Notes under the pieces: model-generated
Told to the model about the DNA's origin: nothing
Seen by the model: only the letters and a program-made list of their open reading frames with translations
The model's database searches: none
Position numbers and translations under genes: made by a program
Assembly (NCBI GenBank): GCA_001829415.1
Contig: MIBE01000010.1
Span: 69,926 to 133,925 of the forward strand
Direction: 5' to 3'
DNA from: Spirochaetes bacterium GWF1_51_8
Lineage (GTDB): Bacteria > Spirochaetota > Brevinematia > Brevinematales > GWF1-51-8
Length of the DNA stretch: 64,000 nt
In this document: positions 18,031-27,562 of the stretch, in pieces
How positions within the stretch are numbered: the stretch's first letter is position 1
Layout: every line of letters begins with the position of its first letter

Positions 18031-18458
18031 GCAAAATCTCCTTCGACCAGGATTATTCTCTCTTTCTCCGCCGCGCCCATTCGGACGGTGACACGGTAGA
18101 TATTTCCCTCGATCAGCGGTTCGGCCGTCTCGGGCCATTCGATCAGCGTGTAGTCCGCGCGCGAGATCATATCCTCTATGCCTAATTCGGCCGCTTCTTC
18201 GGCGGTCTTGAGGCGGTAGAGGTCGTAGTGCAGTATGGTAAGCTGATCGTTTTTATACTCATTGAGCAGGGTGAAAGTTGGGCTGGAGACGAGGGTTCCG
18301 GGAAAGTACGAGTTGATGAAGCCGCGCGAGAAGCAAGTCTTCCCTGCGCCGAGGTCGCCTGTTAGCAGGACGATACTGCCCCGTGGGAGCATCCCCGCGT
18401 AGTCCGCGCCGATACTTTCGGTCTGCGGAGGATTGTTCGAGATGTACTCAATATCCAA
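18006..18458 (-). CDS. tsaE: tRNA t6A37 biosynthesis ATPase TsaE
   Basis: 150 aa. LTGDLGAGKT P-loop, SPTFTL and HYDLYRL motifs. Overlaps the mtnP start by 25 nt. Confidence 0.88.
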   Translation of the reverse strand: MDIEYISNNPPQTESIGADYAGMLPRGSIVLLTGDLGAGKTCFSRGFINSYFPGTLVSSPTFTLLNEYKNDQLTILHYDLYRLKTAEEAAELGIEDMISRADYTLIEWPETAEPLIEGNIYRVTVRMGAAEKERIILVEGDFAWKPSVSE

Positions 18459-19929
18459 CTTGGTAAACCTCTATCGGCTTGGATTTCCCCTTGACCGAGA
18501 TCGGGTCGAGCTTTGCGATATGCGCTTTGTTCGGCAGATGGTCGTAGACCGCGCGCGAGATGATGATATGGTCTTGCCCCGCCGCGCCGCACAAACGGGC
18601 CGACAAGTTGACCTCGTCGCCGATGACGGTGAAGTCCTTACGGTCCTTCGAGCCGATACTTCCTCGGACTACGAGCCCAGTATTGATCCCGATCCCGACA
18701 TGGACGGTGATGAGGCCTTTTTGCTTTCTATCATTATTCATCTTCGCGATTGTTTTCTGGACGGCGATAGCGGCGGCGACCGCGCGCTGGCATTTCTGGT
18801 TATCGCTGAATACCGCGACTATTTCATCGCCGACAAACTTGTCGATATCGCCCTCGAAGTGCCGGATGATCTGAGTCTGAACATCGAGGAAGAGGTTGAG
18901 GATATCGACCACCTGCTGGGGATCCATCGTTTCACTCATCGCCGTAAATCCCCGGATATCCGAGAAAAACATCGCCACTTCGACACGTTCGGTACGCCCA
19001 TGCATCAATGATTCATGCTCTTCATTCAAAGAAACCGAATTCTGAATCATCTTGACGGTAGAAGTAGAAACGAACTTCTGCATCTCGAGCTTTTCACGGA
19101 TCGAGAGCACCATCTCGTTGAATGTGCTCGCGAGAATACCGATCTCGTCATGGTACGGAAGCTCGATTTTTGCGTTGAGATCACCCTCGCCGAAACGTCT
19201 CACCATCTGAGTGAGCTTGAGGATCGGCTTGACTATCGAGTTGGCGCCCCGAATAGAGATCAATATCCCGATAATAATAATAGCGCCGGTAATCAGCGCG
19301 ATCAGGCCGCGTATCTTGTCTATCTCACGGTCGATCAGTTCTTTTGAGAAGCGGAGCAGGATCAGCCCGATTTGTTTATTATTCAGTTCCTCGATCTTGA
19401 CCGGGATAGCGTATTCGAACCCGGGAGTGATTCCCTGCGAGTTCGTGAACGACAGTGACTGCGGATTGAGGTAAAATCCCGTGATTTTGGAATACTTTGT
19501 TTCGAGCGCGGCGACCTCGTTGGAGGAAGGCGATACCCCCGCATAGAGGTGCAGTTTCTCGAGCGCGGCGGTGAGGATTCCGGTGTAGCCGATATAGAGG
19601 ATGCCCTCCGTGTCCTTGAGCGACAGGATAGCGTCCTGGGTCATCGAACGGGAGTCGAAATTCATCGAGACGGTGCGCGAGAGGTCGGTGACGATTTTCT
19701 GGGACAACTGGTGGGTCTTCTGAATCAGCACCTGTTCCATATTGATCGTGATGATCGCCCCGATAGGAAGTGCGACAAGCAGGATGATCACTATTTCAAA
19801 AAGAATGACTTTCAGCTTGATTTTTTTAGCGATATACTCGAAAAACGCGACCAAGAAGAATTTCCTTCGTTCCGCCGCCGCGCTCTCGTTTTTTAAGATC
19901 GGTTCTTTAACCTGAATTCCATTCCCCAT
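18448..19929 (-). CDS. Membrane sensor adenylate/guanylate cyclase with HAMP domain
   Basis: 493 aa. Two TM segments flank a periplasmic-type domain. HAMP region (PILKLTQMVRRFGEGDL...DEIGILASTFNEM). CYCc signatures (MFFSDIRGFTAMSE, KFVGDEIVAVF, FTVIGDEVNLSARL). Confidence 0.88.
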   Translation of the reverse strand: MGNGIQVKEPILKNESAAAERRKFFLVAFFEYIAKKIKLKVILFEIVIILLVALPIGAIITINMEQVLIQKTHQLSQKIVTDLSRTVSMNFDSRSMTQDAILSLKDTEGILYIGYTGILTAALEKLHLYAGVSPSSNEVAALETKYSKITGFYLNPQSLSFTNSQGITPGFEYAIPVKIEELNNKQIGLILLRFSKELIDREIDKIRGLIALITGAIIIIGILISIRGANSIVKPILKLTQMVRRFGEGDLNAKIELPYHDEIGILASTFNEMVLSIREKLEMQKFVSTSTVKMIQNSVSLNEEHESLMHGRTERVEVAMFFSDIRGFTAMSETMDPQQVVDILNLFLDVQTQIIRHFEGDIDKFVGDEIVAVFSDNQKCQRAVAAAIAVQKTIAKMNNDRKQKGLITVHVGIGINTGLVVRGSIGSKDRKDFTVIGDEVNLSARLCGAAGQDHIIISRAVYDHLPNKAHIAKLDPISVKGKSKPIEVYQVGY

Positions 19930-20084
19930 ATCCGGTCCTAACTATAGTGTGTCTATTATATCCCGAACCCCGATTTTTTGCAAAGAATAGGCTTTGAAAC
20001 AATAGTAAAACAAAACCGGATTTTACTTGACAGAATGGTATAATAATGTACATTATAAATATAGGAAAAAACAGGGGGACAAAA

Positions 20085-20936
20085 ATGAGCGAAATCAGAA
20101 AACCGGCCGTCGCGAGCATGTTCTATCCTGACGAAAAGATCAATCTGAAAAAAATGATCAATACCTTCCTGTCGAATGTACCCGACGATGTGACCGAGTA
20201 CTTCATTAAAAAACGTATCGATAACCTTTTCGGGATTATTTCACCCCACGCCGGATATGTCTATTCCGGTTCTGTCGCCGCTCACGCTTACGCGTTACTG
20301 AAGCAGAAGGCGGTCGATACGATCATTCTCATCGGCCCGAGCCATTACAACCAGTTCTCCGGGTACGCGCTGACCCATTTTTCCGCGTTCGAGACACCGC
20401 TCGGCGAAATCCCGGTGGATGAAAAGCTGACGGCGATCATCAACGAAAGGGGGCGTAACGTTTTCGAGTATGTCGATACGGCGCATATCCGCGAGCACAG
20501 TATCGAAGTGCAGCTGCCGTTCCTGCAAACCACGCTTATCAATAACTTCAAGATCGTCCCTATCCTGATGGGCGAGCAGACCATTTCCAATGTCACCCTC
20601 GGCGCGGATATCCTGAAAGACGTGCTCTCGACCTACGATAAAAGCTATCTGATCGTCATATCGAGCGACCTGTCGCATTACTACAGCGACGAAGCCGCGC
20701 ATAAACTCGACGACCGCTTCCTCGAGATAGTCGAGGGGATGGACGCGCAGAAGCTGATGCAGGCGCTGTCTGTGGGCGAGACCGAGGCGTGCGGGGGCGG
20801 CCCGGTCGCGGTTTTGCTGGAGCTCGCGAAGAAGATGAGTCGCGGCTCGATCAGGAACCTTGTCTACAACAACTCCGGCGACACGTCGGGCGATTATTCG
20901 CGTGTGGTTGGGTACCTCGCTTCCGCGGTTTGGTAG
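20085..20936 (+). CDS. MEMO1-family protein (AmmeMemoRadiSam system protein B)
   Basis: ORF 20046..20936 trimmed to ATG 20085, which follows AGGGGGA. RKPAVASMFYP, SPHAGYVYSG, DLSHY and GGGP motifs. Confidence 0.82.
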   Translation: MSEIRKPAVASMFYPDEKINLKKMINTFLSNVPDDVTEYFIKKRIDNLFGIISPHAGYVYSGSVAAHAYALLKQKAVDTIILIGPSHYNQFSGYALTHFSAFETPLGEIPVDEKLTAIINERGRNVFEYVDTAHIREHSIEVQLPFLQTTLINNFKIVPILMGEQTISNVTLGADILKDVLSTYDKSYLIVISSDLSHYYSDEAAHKLDDRFLEIVEGMDAQKLMQALSVGETEACGGGPVAVLLELAKKMSRGSIRNLVYNNSGDTSGDYSRVVGYLASAVW

Positions 20937-21101
20937 CCCGTACTGTCAACGATACGGCCGGGCGTCCTTTTACTCATCCCGTTTTTATCCTTCACGCCGG
21001 TATTCCGGTAGAATATGTTTGATTCTCAATACCCGCGCAGACCGCGCGGAAGAAAAACCTAGACGTTCTCGGGAGTATCGTATGCGAAGCAGGGAGTGCG
21101 G

Positions 21102-21608
21102 TTACTTCCGGTAGATCCCGGTGATCTCGCCGTAGTACACACGGTGATAGTCCGAGCCGTGGTAGTTCTTTTCGATCCCATCGTCAAGGAAATTCGCGGG
21201 GACGAGATCGTGAAAGTAGATCTTTCGGCATTCGATAATCAGGTCGGACTCCGCGAAACAGATTGTGCCGTTATCGGTCTCGAGCGCAGTCAGTTTACAG
21301 TCGCGGGTCTTGTCCACGTCGCGCCCGGAAAACGATCCGCAGAAATTGAGCGCTTCGCGGTATGTCTCGGGAAAGAACGAGAGGGTGAAGAGGGTGTTTG
21401 TTTCGAGCAGGCCGTAGGTATGACGGCTCGGGCGGACATACACCGTGACTACCGGCTTGAACCACAGGACGCCGAACGTGCCCCAGCTCGCGGTCATCAT
21501 ATTGTGCTGTTCCTTGTTCCCCGCGCCGATCAGCATCCATCTCGTGCCGATCATCTCGAACGGGTTGCCGGTCAACTCTTCCGGCCGGATAGATTGAAAT
21601 CCTTTCAT
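21102..21608 (-). CDS. Flavin reductase-like FMN-binding domain protein
   Basis: 168 aa. NPFEMIGTRWMLI...NMMTASWG...VRPSRHTY pattern of the flavin reductase-like domain. Confidence 0.75.
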   Translation of the reverse strand: MKGFQSIRPEELTGNPFEMIGTRWMLIGAGNKEQHNMMTASWGTFGVLWFKPVVTVYVRPSRHTYGLLETNTLFTLSFFPETYREALNFCGSFSGRDVDKTRDCKLTALETDNGTICFAESDLIIECRKIYFHDLVPANFLDDGIEKNYHGSDYHRVYYGEITGIYRK

Positions 21609-21616
21609 ACTCGCCC

Positions 21617-22297
21617 CTAATTGACTAAGTAAACCTGGTACTCTTTCGCGACAAGGTTCTGTTTGTTGTCGCGGTCGGTTTTATAGAACGCGATCACGTA
21701 CTCGCCCTCGGGATAGTCGGTCAGGTCGAGACGCAGTTCGGGGTCGTCGACCGGCTGGCTGAAAACCAGTTCGCGATTCGGTCCGTATATCTCGAGTGTG
21801 TAATCGTATCCCTTCTCGCATCCGTCGATATAAAGATCGACCGGCGTATTCTTCAGGCGGCAGACGTTCTCGAACGGGTAGACGCTGAGAGTGCCCTTCA
21901 GCTTGGACATCTCGAAATCGTCGTAATGATATACCGCGCCGTTCTTTGCGCGGATGATCAGTTCGATCTTCTTATCCAGCATCGACTTTTTCAGGAGCGG
22001 TATCTGGAGAAACACGAGCGATTGATCGTCGAACCGGAACTCCATATCACCCGCCTTGGGCTTGATCGCGGCGGTCTCGCCCGCGCAGAGGATTTCTATC
22101 GAGGCGACGTCCTTCCATACGGCATTCCGCGCTTCGATCCAGAATCCGATCACGGACTCTTTCTGTTTCCCGGTACAACGTGTCTTACACCCGTACTCGA
22201 TCCTGAAAGAATCGCTGTTGAGGTAATTACCCGCACCGCACCCGCTTAAAATGAAAGCGGATGCGATGAAAAAGAGCGATAAAAGACGAATCATCAA
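21617..22297 (-). CDS. Hypothetical lipoprotein
   Basis: 226 aa. Signal plus lipobox FILSGCG. No recognisable catalytic motif. Confidence 0.6.
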   Translation of the reverse strand: MMIRLLSLFFIASAFILSGCGAGNYLNSDSFRIEYGCKTRCTGKQKESVIGFWIEARNAVWKDVASIEILCAGETAAIKPKAGDMEFRFDDQSLVFLQIPLLKKSMLDKKIELIIRAKNGAVYHYDDFEMSKLKGTLSVYPFENVCRLKNTPVDLYIDGCEKGYDYTLEIYGPNRELVFSQPVDDPELRLDLTDYPEGEYVIAFYKTDRDNKQNLVAKEYQVYLVN

Positions 22298-22374
22298 AGG
22301 CTCCGATTTTTATCTACATTATCGGAGTTTTATGAAAAGCCTCGAGTATTACCGCCCTTCTTGACGGGTCAGGC

Positions 22375-22653
22375 TCATTTATCCTGTATGACGATAGGTT
22401 TCCCTTCGGTAAAAGCCTTGGCGACTTTTTTCCTTGCCCTGTCATAGATACGGGTGAGGGTAGGACGGGAAACTCCCATTCTCTCGGCGGCCTCTTCCTG
22501 GAAGAGGTCTTCATAGTCGCAGAGCCTGATCGATTCGTACTCTTCGAGCAGAAGCTGCACCTCGTCATGCGGATCGATTTTTACCCCCTGCGGCTTGAAC
22601 ACTGAAACCTTGGGCGGGCCCTGAATAATCCGGGCTTTTTTTTGTCTGGACAT
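22375..22653 (-). CDS. DUF134-family small DNA-binding (HTH) protein
   Basis: ORF trimmed to MSRQKKARI (ATG 22653). F.P.G motif, and EEAAERMGVSRPTLTRIYDRARKKVA is a sigma-70 region-4-like HTH typical of DUF134. Confidence 0.75.
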   Translation of the reverse strand: MSRQKKARIIQGPPKVSVFKPQGVKIDPHDEVQLLLEEYESIRLCDYEDLFQEEAAERMGVSRPTLTRIYDRARKKVAKAFTEGKPIVIQDK

Positions 22654-22673
22654 ACGCACCACCTTATAAAAAA

Positions 22674-24602
22674 TTATTTCTCCAATACTTGTCTCGCCAA
22701 TCCCCATTCGTTATTCGATATCCGCTCGGGGATGAACCTGTCGGCGGGGGGCTTGTACACCGCCGGGTAGCCTATCGGCAAGAGCGAAAACGGAATTATC
22801 CCGTCCGGTATCGAGAGCAGTTTTCTTAAGCCCCCGACACGATCCTCCCTGGGATAAACACCGAGCCAAACGGAACCCAATCCGAGGATTTGAGCTTCCA
22901 GCAGCATATTCTCCGTAGCCGCGGAACAATCCTGCACCCAATATCCGGCGTGCTTCTCGAGCGAGGGGTCGCCGCATACCAATACCGCCACAGGCGCTTC
23001 CAGTATCATATTCGAATGGGGGTGAATATCCGGAACTCGGTCGAGTGTCTCGCGCCGGTCTATCACTACAAAATGCCACGGCTGCTGGTTTCCCGCGGAC
23101 GGCGCGGCCATTCCCGCACGGAGGATCAGATCGATCATTTCCGACGGGACCTGCTCGGGACGGTAGTGCCGGATACTGCGCCGTGTATAGATCGCGCAAA
23201 GGGACGGCTGTTCTTCCGATCCGGTGGTATAGCACATCGTCTTGATTTCTTCATAGCTTTGCGGAGGAGCCTTCTCCGGGTTTCCTTTCACTTCTTTATT
23301 CCGCAGAAGGACTTCCACACGGTTCCTGCCGCGGTTTTTCGCGGCATAAAGTGCGTTGTCCGCCCGCTTGATGAGTTCGTCGACACTCTCGCCGCCGATC
23401 AGCTGGGTGACGCCGAAACTGCATGTGATCGGTTCCGCGCACTCCGTTTCGAGTTGGGATATCTTAAACCGCAGGCGTTCCGCGATCAGCGTCGCCTCGG
23501 CAATCCCGGTTTCGGGCAGGCAGATCACGAACTCCTCGCCGCCGTACCTGCCGAATATATCTTCCGTCCGGATGCTGTTCCGGATCAGTTTGACGATCTG
23601 CAGGATGGCCTTATCGCCCGTCTGGTGTCCGTAGGTGTCGTTGACACGTTTGAAGAAGTCGATATCGAAAAGCGCAAGCGAGAGGGTGTGGTTATAACGT
23701 GTCGAACGGTGAACCTCGGACTGGAGTTCGTCGAGGAACTTTTTCCGGTTGTAGATCCTTGTCAACGGGTCCTTCATCGATAGCTCATGGTAGAGCGACT
23801 TGATGGTTTCCAGAAGGGTGATGTCGTTAAACGACAGCAGGTATTGTCCGTTGTCCGGAATCGACGTGATATGCACGAGGAACGTATGGGCGTCCTCGGG
23901 CCCGTCGTCCGGCCCCTTGAGGTACATAGTAAAATCGAGGCCGGGGTGCTGGGCGATTTCCGCAAACCAGACCGGAAACTTCTTTTTCGAATAGAAATCC
24001 TTTTCCTTGGGAGAAAGGTAATCGTCGAGGGTTTTTCCGCTCCGCTGAAATTCCTCGAACGACGCGAACCCCATGAAGGTCAGGAATGTCTGATTAAGTT
24101 TGACGATATCCTGCCCGTCGGTGATCATCAGGAACGACGGGATAACATCCATGATCGTCTGGAGAAGGCGGTTAGCGGTATCGAGTCTGTTCTGCTCGGT
24201 CAAAAGGATCGCGACCTCGGTGAGCGAGTCGACCAGCCGGTTCTGGCTGATAGGCTTCTTGATATAACGGTCGATGCCGAGTTCGATGGCCTCGATCAGG
24301 AACTCTTCGTCGTTATAGCCGGTAGTGATGATGATCGGGACTTTACGGAGCTTCTTGATCTCCTTGATCATCTCGAGACCGTCCATGACCGGCATTCGGA
24401 TATCGGTGATGACTATATCGGGATTTTTTTCTTTGAATAGGGCAAGGCCTTCCTCGCCGTTGGGAGCGCTATAGATTTCCCGGACTCGCCGTTTCAGGAT
24501 ACGCTCCATACTCTCACGGACAAGCGGTTCGTCTTCGACAAGCAGAATATCGATCCGGCTCAGACAATCGTGAACATTCGGGATAATTCGCTTTTTTTTC
24601 AT
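22674..24602 (-). CDS. Response-regulator diguanylate cyclase fused to a C-terminal nitroreductase domain (REC, PAS-like, GGDEF, nitroreductase)
   Basis: 642 aa in a single frame. REC (ILLVEDEP...DIVITDIRMPVMDG), GGDEF (RYGGEEF, NRGRNRV), then RRSIRHY...APSAGNQQPWHFVVI...LGLGSVWLG, a classic nitroreductase. Confidence 0.85.
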   Translation of the reverse strand: MKKKRIIPNVHDCLSRIDILLVEDEPLVRESMERILKRRVREIYSAPNGEEGLALFKEKNPDIVITDIRMPVMDGLEMIKEIKKLRKVPIIITTGYNDEEFLIEAIELGIDRYIKKPISQNRLVDSLTEVAILLTEQNRLDTANRLLQTIMDVIPSFLMITDGQDIVKLNQTFLTFMGFASFEEFQRSGKTLDDYLSPKEKDFYSKKKFPVWFAEIAQHPGLDFTMYLKGPDDGPEDAHTFLVHITSIPDNGQYLLSFNDITLLETIKSLYHELSMKDPLTRIYNRKKFLDELQSEVHRSTRYNHTLSLALFDIDFFKRVNDTYGHQTGDKAILQIVKLIRNSIRTEDIFGRYGGEEFVICLPETGIAEATLIAERLRFKISQLETECAEPITCSFGVTQLIGGESVDELIKRADNALYAAKNRGRNRVEVLLRNKEVKGNPEKAPPQSYEEIKTMCYTTGSEEQPSLCAIYTRRSIRHYRPEQVPSEMIDLILRAGMAAPSAGNQQPWHFVVIDRRETLDRVPDIHPHSNMILEAPVAVLVCGDPSLEKHAGYWVQDCSAATENMLLEAQILGLGSVWLGVYPREDRVGGLRKLLSIPDGIIPFSLLPIGYPAVYKPPADRFIPERISNNEWGLARQVLEK

Positions 24603-24607
24603 AATTC

Positions 24608-24636
24608 AATTTAAAGAACAAAAGGCGTTTTGTCAA
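24608..24636 (-). promoter_or_regulatory. Sigma-70-type promoter of the REC-GGDEF-nitroreductase gene, probably giving a leaderless mRNA
   Basis: Minus strand: TTGACA (24636-24631), 17 nt, TAAATT (24613-24608), 5 nt, ATG (24602). No Shine-Dalgarno sequence. Confidence 0.5.
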
Positions 24637-24671
24637 GCGGAGTCTTACCATAAAGAGGTTTAATCCATTGA

Positions 24672-26216
24672 TTATTTCGGTTCGTAGACCATGATGCTGA
24701 TATCGTCCTCGAAGGTCTTCTGCCCGTAGATTTCACGGAGATGATGAACGGTTTTTTCTATCATATCGGTCGGATTTAGAGATTTATATTGCTCGACAAG
24801 GTTTAAAATATAGCTGACACCGAGGAGATCCCCGGTTTTGGAGTCCTGTATCTCGAAAAGCCCGTCGGTGAAGAGGAAAATCCTGTCGTCAATCTCGAGC
24901 TGGATTTGCCCGGTGTCCCATTTGTGCTCGGTGAAGATCGGCGAGATAAAACTGCTGCGGTTCCCGACCATCTCGACCCGGCGCGGATTGTAGATTATAA
25001 ACGGCGGATGCCCGGCTCGTGTATAGTATAGCATTCTTTCTTCCGGATCGATCAGCAGGACGGACATTGTGATGAAATATCCCTCGATCAGGTAGTCGTT
25101 GAGCTCGACCGCGACCTTTTCCAGAAGGGTCTGGGTGTCGATCACCCCGGCGAGAATAGTGCGGATAATACCGCGCATGAGAAATGTGAAGAGCGCCGCG
25201 ATCAGGCCGTGCCCGGAAACGTCGCCGGAAATGATGAAGATCAGCTCGTCGATCTTGATGATCTCGAGGTAGTCCCCCCCGATCTCCTCGCAGGGGTAAT
25301 AGCTGGTGTAGATACGGTAAAGCTCGTTGTCGATCATCCTCTCGGGTTCCATCGACTGCTGGAGCCGCGCCGCGAATTTCAGTTCTGTCCTTATCTTTTC
25401 GTTAAACTGCTTGAGCTGGTTCTGGGTCTCTTTCTGCGAGGTGATATCCTGCAAGGTCGCCAGATACCCGGAAAGCCCGTCCGCGTCTTCGTTCTTCAGA
25501 CGGTTGATCGCGACGGAGAAATAGCTGACGCAGTCCTTGTTGGAGATGTCGGGTATTTTACAGAAATCCATCTTCTTCTCATACTTCACCGAGCCCGTCG
25601 AATGGAGGATTTCGGCCGATTCGAGAGTGATGAACGGGCTGTCGAACAGCTTAATCGTACGGAAATGGGCCGGATCGGCGATACCGAAAAATGTGATAAA
25701 GATGTCGTTGATATAGGCGGGGGAGCCGTTCTCGTCGTAGATCGCGATCCCGATCGGAGCCTGGGTGTAGATACTCTTGAGCTTTGCCTCGTTCTCACGG
25801 AACTCACGGGCGAGACGGTGACGTTCGGCGGCATAGGTGATCGAACGGGTCAGCGAACTGTAATCGGCATTATCCTTGATGAGACAGTCCTGCGCGCCCA
25901 TGTTGACCGCATCCATTGCCGGGCCGTGGGCTTCGCTGCCCGAGAGGATAATCGTCGGGATTTTCTGGACATATTCCGCGAGGAATACGAACGCTTCGGA
26001 GCCTTGTTTTTCTTCCGGGAGGAGGTCGAGTAGAATCAGGTCGAACTGCTCCTCGTTCAGGGCTTTCCGCGCGGCGTTCAGTTTGTCAAATATAGTGAAC
26101 TGAAAATCGAACCTAACGTTTTCCCCGGCGGGCGGGTTCTCGAGAATCCCGATAATCTGCTCGGCGTCCCTCGGATTGCTTTCTATAAACGCGATTTTTA
26201 CTACTTTGTTATTCAT
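24672..26216 (-). CDS. Response regulator, PAS, SpoIIE/PP2C phosphatase (RsbU-like)
   Basis: 514 aa. REC (DLILLDLLP), a PAS-like middle region, and C-terminal GGDYLEI, GDVSGHG, RAGHPP, FTDGLFE and DDISIMV. Confidence 0.85.
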   Translation of the reverse strand: MNNKVVKIAFIESNPRDAEQIIGILENPPAGENVRFDFQFTIFDKLNAARKALNEEQFDLILLDLLPEEKQGSEAFVFLAEYVQKIPTIILSGSEAHGPAMDAVNMGAQDCLIKDNADYSSLTRSITYAAERHRLAREFRENEAKLKSIYTQAPIGIAIYDENGSPAYINDIFITFFGIADPAHFRTIKLFDSPFITLESAEILHSTGSVKYEKKMDFCKIPDISNKDCVSYFSVAINRLKNEDADGLSGYLATLQDITSQKETQNQLKQFNEKIRTELKFAARLQQSMEPERMIDNELYRIYTSYYPCEEIGGDYLEIIKIDELIFIISGDVSGHGLIAALFTFLMRGIIRTILAGVIDTQTLLEKVAVELNDYLIEGYFITMSVLLIDPEERMLYYTRAGHPPFIIYNPRRVEMVGNRSSFISPIFTEHKWDTGQIQLEIDDRIFLFTDGLFEIQDSKTGDLLGVSYILNLVEQYKSLNPTDMIEKTVHHLREIYGQKTFEDDISIMVYEPK

Positions 26217-26246
26217 ACGAATTCCCGGTAAGAAATGCTTTCAATT

Positions 26247-26275
26247 ATCATACAGGAAGAGGCTTTGTTTGTCAA
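26247..26275 (-). promoter_or_regulatory. Sigma-70-type promoter of the REC-PAS-SpoIIE gene
   Basis: Minus strand: TTGACA (26275-26270), 17 nt, TATGAT (26252-26247). ATG at 26216. Confidence 0.5.
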
Positions 26276-26287
26276 TGAAGCGCGTGT

Positions 26288-27562
26288 TTAGTTCCCGTAG
26301 CGTATCTTGTCGAGCCAGTCGCGTATCTTCTTCTCGAAACCGAGATCGCCGGGCTCGTAATACTGCACGTCCTTCTCGGTATACTTCTCGTTGACGAAAT
26401 GGTTCGGAAAGCCATGGGGATACTTGTACCCGACACCCTTGCCGAAATCCTTCTCCGCCTCGAAAACGGCGTTCTTGAGATAGGGCGGTACTTTCATCGT
26501 GTTGCCGTTACGGATTTCCTCGCGGGCCTTATTGATACAGAGGACGGAATTGCTCTTGGGCACACCCGCGAGCAGAAGGGTCGTTTCCGACAGCACGAGC
26601 TGGGCTTCAGGCAGGCCGATGAACTGGCAGGCCTGATAACACGCGACAGCCACGGGGAGGGCTTCGGGATAGGCGAGGCCGATATCCTCGCTCGCGAGTA
26701 TAATCAACCGGCGTGCGATAAAAAGCGGGTCTTCGCCGCTCTCGAGCATCATCCCGAGGTAATAGATCGCGGCGTCGGGCGCGCTTCCCCGCACCGACTT
26801 GATGAACGCTGAGATGACGTCGTAATGTCCCTCTTCGGAGGAGTAACGCGTCTCCGCTTTCTGGAGGATGTTGAGGATGCCTTCCTCGGTGACCCTGTAT
26901 GTCTCAGCCGCACCCTGCGAGAGCACGGACAACTCGAGGGTGTTGAGCATCATCCTCGGGTCGGGCGTGTACTCGATCAGCTTCTCCCGCGCCCCGGACT
27001 CAAACTCGATGCTGAGCTTCTTCAGCGAGGCGTCTTCGGCAAGGGCGCGCTGGAGTATCTTGTCCATATCCTCTCTGCCGAGTATCTTGAATTCGTAGAT
27101 GAAAAGCCGCGAACGGAACGCGGGCTGGATGATGAAATAGGGGTTTTCGGTGGTCGCGCCGATCAGCGTAACGATACCATTCTCCATAGCGGACAGAAAC
27201 GCGTCCTGCTTGGGTTTGATCAGGCGGTGGATTTCGTCGATGAAGACGACTGTCTTTTCCCCGGCGAGGCTCCGTTGTTCCGCGCTGTAGATGATCTTCC
27301 GGATTTCGTCGTTGTCGAGGGTGAGGGCGTTACACAGCGCGAAGTAATACTTCAACTCGCGCGAAAGGATTTCCGCGAGACTGGTTTTCCCGGTGGCGGG
27401 CGGGCCGTAGAAGATCATCGAGTGCAGGATGCGGTTTTCCAGCATCGTGGCGATAGGCTTGCCCTTTGCCGTGAGATGGGTCTGTCCGACAAACTCATCC
27501 AATGTCTTGGGCATCATCCGCCGCGAGAGAGGCAGGTTGGCGTTTTGAAAGAGCTCCATCAA
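26288..27562 (-). CDS. rarA: Replication-associated recombination protein A (AAA+ ATPase)
   Basis: 424 aa. GPPATGKTS Walker A, VFIDEIHR Walker B, ATTENP, and a MgsA C-terminal domain (HYDVISAFIKSVRGS). Confidence 0.9.
   Translation of the reverse strand: MMELFQNANLPLSRRMMPKTLDEFVGQTHLTAKGKPIATMLENRILHSMIFYGPPATGKTSLAEILSRELKYYFALCNALTLDNDEIRKIIYSAEQRSLAGEKTVVFIDEIHRLIKPKQDAFLSAMENGIVTLIGATTENPYFIIQPAFRSRLFIYEFKILGREDMDKILQRALAEDASLKKLSIEFESGAREKLIEYTPDPRMMLNTLELSVLSQGAAETYRVTEEGILNILQKAETRYSSEEGHYDVISAFIKSVRGSAPDAAIYYLGMMLESGEDPLFIARRLIILASEDIGLAYPEALPVAVACYQACQFIGLPEAQLVLSETTLLLAGVPKSNSVLCINKAREEIRNGNTMKVPPYLKNAVFEAEKDFGKGVGYKYPHGFPNHFVNEKYTEKDVQYYEPGDLGFEKKIRDWLDKIRYGN

Noticed and set aside
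18031-18138. N-terminal extension of the mtnP ORF
   Set aside because: It is an Arg/Gly-rich 36 aa overlapping tsaE. MTAP homology begins at METIRIGVIGGSG.
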